Assembly (NCBI GenBank): GCA_003133025.1
Contig: PKZK01000187.1
Span: 58,350 to 87,363, forward strand
DNA length: 29,014 nucleotides
Direction: 5' to 3'
Origin: Vulcanimicrobiota bacterium
GTDB lineage: Bacteria; Vulcanimicrobiota; Vulcanimicrobiia; Vulcanimicrobiales; Vulcanimicrobiaceae
The position numbers were made by a program, and so were the translations under genes. Position 1 is the first letter of the stretch. The number at the start of each line of letters is the position of its first letter. Below are positions 1 through 7,937 of the stretch, in pieces. The notes under the pieces were generated by a model that saw nothing but the letters and a program-made list of their open reading frames with translations, was not told the origin of the DNA and did not search any database.

Positions 1-1191
1 ATCGCGACCGAAGCCGCTCGCCGCGAGTCCGAACGGGTGCGCCTCGAAGCCGAGCGGGCGCGCTTCGAAGCCGAACGCATCGCCGCCGAAACCGCCCGCG
101 CCGAAGCCGAGCAGCGCGAAGCCGAGCGCGTTGCGGCCGAAGCCGCACGGGCCGCCGCCCAACGTCGCGAGGCCGAACGTCTCGCCGCGGAAACCGCGCA
201 AGCCGAAGCGGAACGAGCCGCCCGCGAAGCCGAGCGTATCGCCAACGAGGCTGCCCGCCGCGAGGCCGAGCGCGTCCGCCTCGAAGCCGAACGCGCGCGC
301 TTCGAAGCCGAGCGCATCGCCGCCGAAAACGCGCGCGCCGAAGCGGAGCGCGTTGCGGCCGAAGCCGCTCGCGCCGAAGCCCAACGCCGCGAAACCGAAC
401 GCCTCGCAGCCGAAGCCGCCCGAGCGGAAGCCGCGCGGGTGGAAGCCGCGCGCATCGAAGCCGAACGGATAGAAGCCGCGCGCATAGAGGCCGAACGTGC
501 CGAAGCCGCGCGTATCGAGGCGGAACGGGTCGCGGCCGAACGCGCCGAAACCGCGCGCATCGAGGCCGAGCGCAAAGCTGCCGAAGCGGCCGAGGAGCGC
601 AGCCGACGCGAACGCGAGGCCGCGCAACGCAAGGCCGCGGCCGACGCCGCGCTCAAGGCCGCAGAAGCCGCGCGCAGCAGCAGCACCAAACGCACGGCGG
701 AGGAAATCGCAGCCAGAAAGGCCGCCGAGGAGGCGGAACGGCGCGCCGGCCAGGAGCGCGCGCAGCGCGAGCGCGAGCGCGAGGAACTCGAGGCTGCCGA
801 ATTCGAACGCAAGGCGCGCGAAAAGGCCGAGCGCATCGCCGAGGCCGAGCGCCGCCTCAGCCAACAGCACGCGCCGCCCGAGACCCCGGCCACGGCGCCG
901 CCGCCAACGCCGAAATTCGAACTGCCCAAGCCCGACCGTCAGACGATCTCGCTCTCGTCGTGGGCGCAGCGCGTCTTCGGGGGCAAACCCAAAGAGCCCG
1001 AACCTGATCCCGAACCGAGCTTCGTGCTCGACCGCATCGCGCGCGACTTCGGATCGCTGCCCGGCGAAGACGAAGGCGCAGGCGATGCGGACGTGGCGAT
1101 CGGCCGGGCCTCGGTGGAAGCATCTGCGGATGCGCAGAACGAACGGGACGACGCGTTGCTCGAGGATCACGAACGGCAAAACGCCCTCTGA
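1..1191 (+). CDS. C-terminal part of a long Ala/Glu/Arg-rich helical (coiled-coil/TolA-like) repeat protein; 5' end lies outside the window
   Basis: Frame 1 is open from base 1 ([16 protein letters not shown]...) to TGA at 1189-1191. EAAR/EAER low-complexity repeats are followed by a Pro-rich linker and a short unique tail. Confidence 0.8.
   Translation: MATEAARRESERVRLEAERARFEAERIAAETARAEAEQREAERVAAEAARAAAQRREAERLAAETAQAEAERAAREAERIANEAARREAERVRLEAERARFEAERIAAENARAEAERVAAEAARAEAQRRETERLAAEAARAEAARVEAARIEAERIEAARIEAERAEAARIEAERVAAERAETARIEAERKAAEAAEERSRREREAAQRKAAADAALKAAEAARSSSTKRTAEEIAARKAAEEAERRAGQERAQREREREELEAAEFERKAREKAERIAEAERRLSQQHAPPETPATAPPPTPKFELPKPDRQTISLSSWAQRVFGGKPKEPEPDPEPSFVLDRIARDFGSLPGEDEGAGDADVAIGRASVEASADAQNERDDALLEDHERQNAL
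10..420 (+). repeat. Intragenic duplication of a ~237-nt (79-codon) unit; second copy shorter
   Basis: EAARRE(S/A)[20 protein letters not shown] starts at 10 and again at 247, with synonymous differences between the copies. Confidence 0.75.
412..576 (+). repeat. Intragenic 15-nt (pentapeptide) tandem repeat
   Basis: [55 protein letters not shown]. Confidence 0.8.
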
Positions 1192-1263
1192 GTCGGCGCC
1201 CCTCGCGGGGAGCCCGCGCGGCCCGGATGAAGACTACGCGATGCTCGCCTCCGGAGGATCGCC

Positions 1264-1722
1264 TTGCACGCCAAAACGCTCGTTGCCGCCCTCGCGCTCG
1301 GGACGCTAACGCTGGTGTCGCCGCAGCACGCCGGCGCCTCGGGCGCGCCCGACGCGAAGATAACCGCCGTCCACGCCTCGGGCGCGCCGGGCAACTACAG
1401 CTTCAACGTCACGATCGAGAGCAACGACACCGGGTGCAGTCACTACGCGGATTGGTGGGAGGTCGTCGACGAACACGACGCACTCGTCTATCGTCGCGTA
1501 TTGCTGCACGATCACGCCGACGAACAACCGTTCACGCGCGACGGCGGCCCGGCCAACATCGAGCCCGGCCAAATCGTGACCGTGCGCGCGCACGTGAATA
1601 CGTCGGGGTATTCGGCGGCGGCGATGCGCGGCAGCGTGCAGGCCGGATTCCAACGCGTGGAACTACCGGCAGGCTACGCGGCCGCGCTCGCCAAGAAGCC
1701 GCCGCTTCCCGAAGGCTGCTAG
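1264..1722 (+). CDS. Secreted conserved hypothetical protein with His/Cys motifs
   Basis: GGAGGA precedes the TTG start. Signal peptide present; motifs DTGCSHYADWWEV, LLHDHADEQPFTR and VRAH. Confidence 0.8.
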   Translation: MHAKTLVAALALGTLTLVSPQHAGASGAPDAKITAVHASGAPGNYSFNVTIESNDTGCSHYADWWEVVDEHDALVYRRVLLHDHADEQPFTRDGGPANIEPGQIVTVRAHVNTSGYSAAAMRGSVQAGFQRVELPAGYAAALAKKPPLPEGC

Positions 1723-1726
1723 TGAC

Positions 1727-2119
1727 CTAGATCGAGTTCAACACGATGTGAAACGCGTTGTCCAGCCCTGCGCCGGTGCTACGCGCCGAGATCACGACGA
1801 TAACCTGCACGCCGCCGTTCGTGCACCCGTACGAGTAAATGTCCGAGATCGGGATGTCGCCGTCGAGGCCCGCCGGCGTCACGTTGACGACGGGGCACGT
1901 CTTGAAATATCCGCTCGGCCAGGTGAGCGTGTACTCGCCGGTGGCGTTGTGCACCGAGGTGAATCCCTTACCGCCGTTGATCGTCCCGTTGGCGGCGATC
2001 ACGCCGCCCGCGACCTTGACGGCCGCATCGGGGTGAATGTCGTTCTGCGCTGCTCCCGCGACCGTGGGCGCCACCGTCGCAAGGGCGATTCCCGCGGCGA
2101 GAGTCATGAATGCGTTCAT
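1727..2119 (-). CDS. Small secreted beta-rich hypothetical protein
   Basis: Hydrophobic signal peptide ending AGA-A, two Cys, alternating beta-strand pattern. Divergent from the SARP regulator. Confidence 0.75.
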   Translation of the reverse strand: MNAFMTLAAGIALATVAPTVAGAAQNDIHPDAAVKVAGGVIAANGTINGGKGFTSVHNATGEYTLTWPSGYFKTCPVVNVTPAGLDGDIPISDIYSYGCTNGGVQVIVVISARSTGAGLDNAFHIVLNSI

Positions 2120-2186
2120 GGTATTCGTATCGTCTTTCTGCTGAAGGGCAGCCCTGTCGGCGGCCTCGAGTTGCTGTACTGGCGCG

Positions 2187-2218
2187 AGTCTAGCAACGTC
2201 GCCGTCCGAAAACGTTCG
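2187..2218 (-). promoter_or_regulatory. Candidate activator-dependent promoter: direct repeat plus extended -10
   Basis: Minus strand reads CGAACG-TTTT-CGGACG-GCGACGT-TGC-TAGACT. There is no consensus -35. Confidence 0.4.
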
Positions 2219-2298
2219 CCGCCCCGGACGCCGCGCCGGGATGCATTTGCAGCCGCGATTTTGCAGAGGAAGCCGGGCTCACGGTTGAAGCACGCACG

Positions 2299-5200
2299 AT
2301 GGCCGCGCGCAAGCCGGAACTGAGCGTCCGGCTCTTGGGTAATTTCGCTTTGGAGCTCGACGGCAGCCCGTTCGTGATGCCGACACCCCGGCGTACCCTG
2401 CCGATCCTGGCCTATCTTCTTTTGCACCGGAGCGCGGCGGTCTCGCGCGAGTTTTTGGCCTACCTCATGTGGCCCGACGAAGCGGAGGATTCGGCCCGCA
2501 CCAAACTGCGCGCCAACCTCTTCGACCTGGCTCGCATCTTGCCGCAAGCGCCCGCAGGACACTGGGTGCTGGCCGACGGCGACAATGTCCAATGGAATCC
2601 CCAGGCGCGCACGAAGCTCGACGTCGAGGAGTTCGAAGCGCTCTGCGCTCGACCCGAGCGTCGCGAGGAAGCCGTCGCACTCTACCGCGGCGAATTGTTG
2701 GCGAGCCTGTACGACGAATGGATATTTCCGCCACGCGAGCGCTATCGCACGCTGTACCTGAACGCGCTGACGGAACTGGTCTCCGACGCACGGCGGCATC
2801 GCGACTTTCCCAAAGCCATCGCTCGCGCCCAGGAGTTGCTTGGCGTCGATCCGTGGCGTGAAGACGTGGTGCGACGGCTGATCGCGATTCGTTACGAGTC
2901 CGGCGATCGTGCCGGCGCGCTCGCCGACTACCAGCGTTTCGCGCAGACGCTCCGGCAAGAACTCGACATCGACCCGATGCCCGAAACCATCGCCCTACGC
3001 GAGGCGATCGCGCGCGACGCATCGATCGAGCCCGAACCCGAAGAAAGCGTGACGAAGGCCGTTGTCGCGCGGACCGTCGACCCCTTGCCCTTCATCGGTC
3101 GCGCCGCCGAACTCGCGTTGCTCGAGGAAGCGTGGACGCGAGCCGCGCGCGGCGCCGGCGGCGCGGTCGTCATCAGCGGCGAATCCGGCGTCGGCAAATC
3201 CCGGCTGACGCTAGAATTCGCGCATCGCGTCGAAGAACTCGGCGGACGCGTCGCGGCGGGAACGACCGGCAGTCCCGAAGCCATACCGTACCAGTGCATC
3301 GTCGAGGCGCTGCGCTCCGCCGTTCCGCTGATCGCTTCGCTGCGTCTGCGCGACGTGTGGCTGGCCAACGTCGCCGCGCTCGTGCCCGAACTGCGCGGGC
3401 ATCTGCCGGCGTTGCCGGATTCGCGAATAGAAACGGCCGGCGACCGTCCGCGACTGTTCGAGGCGCTCGTCCGCACGCTGTCGGCACTGGCCGGACCGCG
3501 GCCGCTGCTGCTCGTCTTCGAAGATCTGCATTGGGCCGACGAGGCTACCTGCGCCGCTCTCGACTTTCTGATGTCGCGCTTGAGCACGATGCGCGTGCTG
3601 TTGCTCGTCACGCTCCGCGACGATGCCGCGCCCGGAAGCCACCTGCGGCGACTGCTCGGACGCGCGGCCACGCGCACGAACGTCACGTCCGTCTCGCTCG
3701 GCGCGCTCTCGAGCGACGATGTCGAACAACTCGCGCGCTCGCTGCCCGGTACCACCGGCGAAGTGGCCGCACTGCTGGCCTCGTCCGGGGGCAATCCGCT
3801 CTTCCTGACCCAACTCGTCGAGGGCGGCGAGTGGAGCGGCGGCGTGGGTGGCGTCGGCGCGGTCGTTGCCCGGCGCGTCGCGTCGCTCTCGGCCGAAGCA
3901 CGAACGATCGCCGAGATTGCCGCCCTCGCGGGCACGCGCTTTTCGCGCGAGGTCGTGCGCCGCGTCAGTGGTTGGGACGGCGCGGCCGCCGACGACGCGC
4001 TCGACGAACTGATCGACCGACGCATCGTGCGCGAAACGACCGGTCGCGGCTTTCTCGATTACGCCTTCGCGCATCAAGTCGTTCAGGAATATATCGCGAG
4101 CGTGGTGCCTCCGCAGCGCTCTCCGGCGCGCAGGCGGCGCATCGCCCGCGCGCTCGGCGAACTCTACCCGGACCGGTCGGCGGAGTTGGCTGCGAGCATC
4201 GCACGGCAGTACGATTTGGCCGGCGAACTCGAAGCGGCGGCGGAGCGCTATCTCCACGCGTCACGCCACGCCTTATCGGTCGGTGCGGTCGATGAAGCCT
4301 CCGTTCACGTCGCGCGCGGCCTCGCGCTCGCCGGCGAGAAAACGTTGCGCATCGAACTCTTCTTCGCCGGCGAGACCGTCGCCACGCGGAGCGGCCGAAA
4401 CGATTCGCGTGCCGCCGCCTTAGCCGAATTGGAAGCGCTCACGGAAGGCGACGGCGAGCGCCGCCGCGAGCTGGCGCTCCGCCGCTTCGAGTTCGCGCAC
4501 GAGTTGGAGGATCGCGCCGGCGCCGAGGCCGCGCTCGAGCAACTCGACCTCCTCAGCCGCGACGATCGAGGCTGGACAGGCAAAGCTGAATATGCCCGCG
4601 CGCGCGACCGCCTGGCCGGCGGCGATCTGCCCGCCGCCGAGTCCCGCGCCGCCGACGCGCTGCGCGCGTTCCTCGACGTGTCGGATCGCACGGGCGAGGC
4701 TGAGGCCCGTTACCTGCTCGCGGAAATAGTCACGCACCGCGGCGATCTCGCGCGCGCCGAAGGGTTGCTCGAAGAAGCCCGCGCCGCGGGCGAACGCGCG
4801 CAGGACGCGCCGCTGTCGATCCGCGCCCTGCACGGTTCGTTTCAACTCGCCTTTTCACGCCGCGATCTGGCGCGCTGTCTCGACGTTGCCGGCGCGACGC
4901 TGGAGGCGGGTCTCGCCTCGGGCGATCGGCGCGCGGAAGCCGAAGGCCATCGGAGCACGGCGGCCACGTTGCTCAATCTTGGCGTCCGCTACGCGGACGC
5001 CCGAGAACATTTTCGCGCGGCTATCGCTATTTTCGAGGAGATCGGCGATCCGATCGGCAGCGCGGTCACGATACATAATGCGGCGCAACTCGAACTCATT
5101 CTCGGGGAGATAGCAACGGCACGCGAACAATGCAAACTCGCGCTCGCCGAGTTCACCGCAAAAGGGGGAACCGTCCGCCGGCGGATCACCGCGCTGCTGA

Positions 5201-5751
5201 CCCTGGCGACGGCCGAACTGGCCGGCGGCGACGCGCCGAGCGCGAAAACGCATACGCTCGAGGCGTTCGAGCTGGCCCGCGCCGCCGGCTATAGGGTGCT
5301 GGAAGCGTCGGCTTTGGAAGACGTTGCCTACGCCGAAGCCGGCGGCGGGGAGTATGCCGCGGCGATCGAGCACATGACGACGGCCCTCAGGCTGCGCGAC
5401 GAGACGGACTCGACGGCTTGGAACGGCGTGTCCTACGCGTTCCTGGCGCTCTGGTCGGCGGCCGCGGGACGCCTCGATGAGGCCCGCGTCTGGGTGGCCC
5501 GAGCCTACGAACTCGAGCACACCCTCGCCTCCGCATCGCCCTGGCCGCAGGCCTGCTATTGGGCCATCGCTCGGACGTTGCGAACCTGCGGCGACGAGGC
5601 GGGCGCCGTCAAAGCCTTCGACCGCGCGCACGAACTCACGCTTGCGGCGCTTGCAAGCCTCGATGGGGTGGAACGCGGCTCATTCCTCGCCTTGCCCTGG
5701 CACCGCGAGGTGCTGGCCGCCGCGGACGATTTCGAACGGCCGCGATGCTAG
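2299..5751 (+). CDS. SARP/AfsR-like transcriptional regulator: winged HTH + BTAD + P-loop (STAND/AAA) NTPase + TPR-like sensor
   Basis: VRLLGNF...LAYLLLH...SREFLAYLMWPD (wHTH); LYRGELL...DEW and DPWRE...ALADY...PMPET (BTAD); Walker A GESGVGKS; Walker B LLVFEDLHWAD; SGGNPLFL; FAH; helical repeats at the C-terminus. Confidence 0.93.
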   Translation: MAARKPELSVRLLGNFALELDGSPFVMPTPRRTLPILAYLLLHRSAAVSREFLAYLMWPDEAEDSARTKLRANLFDLARILPQAPAGHWVLADGDNVQWNPQARTKLDVEEFEALCARPERREEAVALYRGELLASLYDEWIFPPRERYRTLYLNALTELVSDARRHRDFPKAIARAQELLGVDPWREDVVRRLIAIRYESGDRAGALADYQRFAQTLRQELDIDPMPETIALREAIARDASIEPEPEESVTKAVVARTVDPLPFIGRAAELALLEEAWTRAARGAGGAVVISGESGVGKSRLTLEFAHRVEELGGRVAAGTTGSPEAIPYQCIVEALRSAVPLIASLRLRDVWLANVAALVPELRGHLPALPDSRIETAGDRPRLFEALVRTLSALAGPRPLLLVFEDLHWADEATCAALDFLMSRLSTMRVLLLVTLRDDAAPGSHLRRLLGRAATRTNVTSVSLGALSSDDVEQLARSLPGTTGEVAALLASSGGNPLFLTQLVEGGEWSGGVGGVGAVVARRVASLSAEARTIAEIAALAGTRFSREVVRRVSGWDGAAADDALDELIDRRIVRETTGRGFLDYAFAHQVVQEYIASVVPPQRSPARRRRIARALGELYPDRSAELAASIARQYDLAGELEAAAERYLHASRHALSVGAVDEASVHVARGLALAGEKTLRIELFFAGETVATRSGRNDSRAAALAELEALTEGDGERRRELALRRFEFAHELEDRAGAEAALEQLDLLSRDDRGWTGKAEYARARDRLAGGDLPAAESRAADALRAFLDVSDRTGEAEARYLLAEIVTHRGDLARAEGLLEEARAAGERAQDAPLSIRALHGSFQLAFSRRDLARCLDVAGATLEAGLASGDRRAEAEGHRSTAATLLNLGVRYADAREHFRAAIAIFEEIGDPIGSAVTIHNAAQLELILGEIATAREQCKLALAEFTAKGGTVRRRITALLTLATAELAGGDAPSAKTHTLEAFELARAAGYRVLEASALEDVAYAEAGGGEYAAAIEHMTTALRLRDETDSTAWNGVSYAFLALWSAAAGRLDEARVWVARAYELEHTLASASPWPQACYWAIARTLRTCGDEAGAVKAFDRAHELTLAALASLDGVERGSFLALPWHREVLAAADDFERPRC

Positions 5752-5770
5752 CCTGAAGCATACCCCTCCC

Positions 5771-5791
5771 GCGGCGTCGATTCGATGCCGC
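5771..5791. promoter_or_regulatory. Near-perfect inverted repeat (hairpin or operator)
   Basis: GCGGCGTCGA-T-TCGATGCCGC, 20 nt after the regulator stop codon, with no U-tract. Confidence 0.35.
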
Positions 5792-5812
5792 ACTCCCCCG
5801 CGAGGATCGGCT

Positions 5813-6220
5813 TTGAAACGGACGGTCGGCTACATCTCCTTCGCCGCGGCGCTCGGCTTGCTGGCGATTTTCGAATATGCGCTCTACAACTTGTTCTCGA
5901 CCGGAACGTGCGCCTCGGGCACCACGGCGTACGTCATCGCCCGGCCCTGCCCGCAGGGTACGGGAGCGTTCATGATCGCGCTGCCTATCTCGTTGGTGCT
6001 CGCCGGGCTCTGCAGCTCCGCGGTGACCTCGATCCTCGGCATTCGCGCGGCCGCGCTGATCTGGTCGGCGTTGTTCGTCACGACCGGCATGCAGTTCTTC
6101 AACGCGGCCCACGGTTCGTCGGTCGGGGGCGTTGTTTTCTACGGCTTGTCGGCCATGTTCGTGGTGATGGGGTTGGCCCCGTTCTTCATGTCGACGCAGG
6201 CCCTCGAGGCAAGCGAATAG
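5813..6220 (+). CDS. Small integral membrane protein (~4 TM) with a Cys-Cys extracellular loop
   Basis: TTG at 5813 follows GAGGA (5802-5806) and is in frame with track ORF 5477..6220. Four hydrophobic segments; loop GTCASGTTAYVIARPCP. Confidence 0.75.
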   Translation: MKRTVGYISFAAALGLLAIFEYALYNLFSTGTCASGTTAYVIARPCPQGTGAFMIALPISLVLAGLCSSAVTSILGIRAAALIWSALFVTTGMQFFNAAHGSSVGGVVFYGLSAMFVVMGLAPFFMSTQALEASE

Positions 6221-6402
6221 ACCCCGCGGACGAGGAGGCTCGCGAAGAGCACCTCTTCATCGTTCGGACGTGGCGCGAGTCGTCTGCACCCGACCTCGCG
6301 TGGCGGCTCTCGGTGATGCACGTCGGCTCGGGAATTCGTTTGGCGACCGCCCAGATTCGCGACATCGACGACTTCATCCGCATCCGCATGGAGCGCGGCT
6401 AA
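6217..6402 (+). CDS. ~61-aa hypothetical microprotein (FIVRTWRE...WRLSVMHVGSG...DIDDFI); start codon uncertain
   Basis: This is the protein-like tail of track ORF 5785..6402, filling the gap after the membrane gene. ATA at 6217 overlaps the upstream TAG and follows GAGG at 6206-6209. Confidence 0.55.
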   Translation: MDPADEEAREEHLFIVRTWRESSAPDLAWRLSVMHVGSGIRLATAQIRDIDDFIRIRMERG

Positions 6403-6558
6403 TCGCGAAGCAGCGCACTTGAGCCGGGTCACAGTTGTTCGCCGGGCGTAGGCCCGGCATGATGGAAACTGCCTAGTCTCGCCGAACGAAAGAGACGACG
6501 ACCGAGACCGCTTAGGACTCGGCCCCTCACTCCGTCCCCCTCAAGAAGGAGATGCCCT

Positions 6559-7779
6559 TTGCGTCCCACGTTCATGCGTTCCGCGGCGCTGCTGACCGTT
6601 GCGATCCTCGCCGGCTGTTCCGGTAACGGCGGCTCGCCCGTGCCCTCTTCGGGCGGCCTCGCCTCCGATTTCGTGGCCCGTTCGCAAGCGAGCGCACCGG
6701 TGTTCGAATCGTGCCCCAGCGTGGCGCGCGGCGAAGACGTGCGCTGCTTCGCACAAGTTCGCAGCGACATTCGCGGGCTCGGTCCCAACTCGACGCCCGC
6801 CGGTTACGGCCCGGCGCAACTGCAGTCGGCCTACGCGCTGCCTTCTTCAACCAACGGGGCTGGGCAGACGGTCGCGATCGTCGATGCCTACGACGATCCC
6901 AACGCCGAGGCCGATCTCGGCGTCTATCGCGCGCAGTACGGCTTGCCGGCATGCACCACGGCCAACGGTTGCTTCAAGAAAGTCAATCAGAGCGGCGTGC
7001 AGGGCAGCTATCCGGCGAAGAACGGCGGCTGGGCCGAGGAAGAGTCGCTCGACCTCGACATGGTCTCGGCCAACTGCCCGAACTGCCACATCATCCTGGT
7101 CGAAGCCAACAGCGCGACCAACGCCAACCTCGGCGCGTCCGTGAACGAAGCGATCTCGCTCGGCGCCAACGTCGTCAGCAACAGCTACGGCGGTTCCGAG
7201 TCGGGCGCGACCAACTCGAATTACAACCATCCCGGCCACATCATCACGGCGAGCGCCGGGGATAGCGGCACCGGCGCCGAACAACCGTGCTCCTATTCGA
7301 CGGTCGTGTGCGTCGGCGGAACGACGCTCAACACGGCGAGCAACTCGCGCGGCTGGAGCGAAACCGCCTGGGCGGATAGCGGCAGCGGGTGCAGCGCCTA
7401 CGTGACCAAGCCGTCGTGGCAGACCGACAAGGGCTGCACGAACCGTTCGGAAGCCGATACCTCGGCCGTTGCCAATCCGAACACCGGCGTCGCCGTATAC
7501 GATAGTTACGCGTACGAAGGCTACGAGGGTTGGCTCGTGTTCGGCGGCACCAGCGTCGCGAGCCCGCTGATCGCTTCGGTGTACGCGCTGGCCGGAAACG
7601 CGGCGAGCGAAAACTACGCGCAGTCGATCTGGGCCGCCGGCGGCACTTCGTCGCTCAACGACGTCACGAGCGGCAGCAACGGAAAGTGCTCCAAGAACTA
7701 CCAATACATCTGCAACGCGGGCGTCGGTTACGACGGCCCGACGGGCTGGGGCACCCCGAACGGGGTCGGCGCCTTCTAG
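6559..7779 (+). CDS. S53 (sedolisin/kumamolisin-like) serine-carboxyl peptidase, lipoprotein
   Basis: AAGGAG RBS; lipobox LAGC; E-x3-D (EESLD); SAGDSG; GGTSVASP; Ca-site-like GYDGPTGWGTPNG. Confidence 0.92.
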   Translation: MRPTFMRSAALLTVAILAGCSGNGGSPVPSSGGLASDFVARSQASAPVFESCPSVARGEDVRCFAQVRSDIRGLGPNSTPAGYGPAQLQSAYALPSSTNGAGQTVAIVDAYDDPNAEADLGVYRAQYGLPACTTANGCFKKVNQSGVQGSYPAKNGGWAEEESLDLDMVSANCPNCHIILVEANSATNANLGASVNEAISLGANVVSNSYGGSESGATNSNYNHPGHIITASAGDSGTGAEQPCSYSTVVCVGGTTLNTASNSRGWSETAWADSGSGCSAYVTKPSWQTDKGCTNRSEADTSAVANPNTGVAVYDSYAYEGYEGWLVFGGTSVASPLIASVYALAGNAASENYAQSIWAAGGTSSLNDVTSGSNGKCSKNYQYICNAGVGYDGPTGWGTPNGVGAF

Positions 7780-7808
7780 GCCACCGCGAGCCGAGCTGCA
7801 TGCAAACG

Positions 7809-7834
7809 AGGGCGGCGTCCGATGGCGCCGCCCT
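7809..7834 (+). terminator. GC-rich hairpin, probable terminator after the peptidase
   Basis: AGGGCGGCGTC-CGAT-GGCGCCGCCCT; the U-tract is weak. Confidence 0.5.
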
Positions 7835-7937
7835 TCAGCATGCCCGCCCGGCCGATAGGACCTTTCGCCCCGTGCGCACAACGGTAACCCCGAAATAGCT
7901 GCTTATCCGTGGACGAACTATTGCTAGGAGGCTCTTC

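Noticed and set aside
412..576. 15-nt tandem repeats as a CRISPR array or non-coding VNTR
   Set aside because: There are no spacers, variation is mostly at third codon positions, and the repeats are in frame within a protein.
2116..5631. Long antisense or alternate-frame ORFs over the SARP gene, and similar ones elsewhere (e.g. 7776-9167, 20062-21489, 23480-25030, 25919-27178)
   Set aside because: They are Arg/Ala/Pro-rich shadows expected at high GC, lack motifs, and overlap well-supported genes.
2299..5751. STAND NTPase as an Avs-type antiphage protein
   Set aside because: The N-terminus is a wHTH-BTAD activator module, not a nuclease or other effector, and there is no defence-island context.
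5477..5812. N-terminal extension of track ORF 5477..6220
   Set aside because: It overlaps the regulator and looks non-coding; an RBS plus TTG is present at 5813.
7855..7925. Possible c-di-GMP-like riboswitch before the lectin gene
   Set aside because: Only scattered similarity (GAAA, GGACG); I could not build the conserved two-stem structure.
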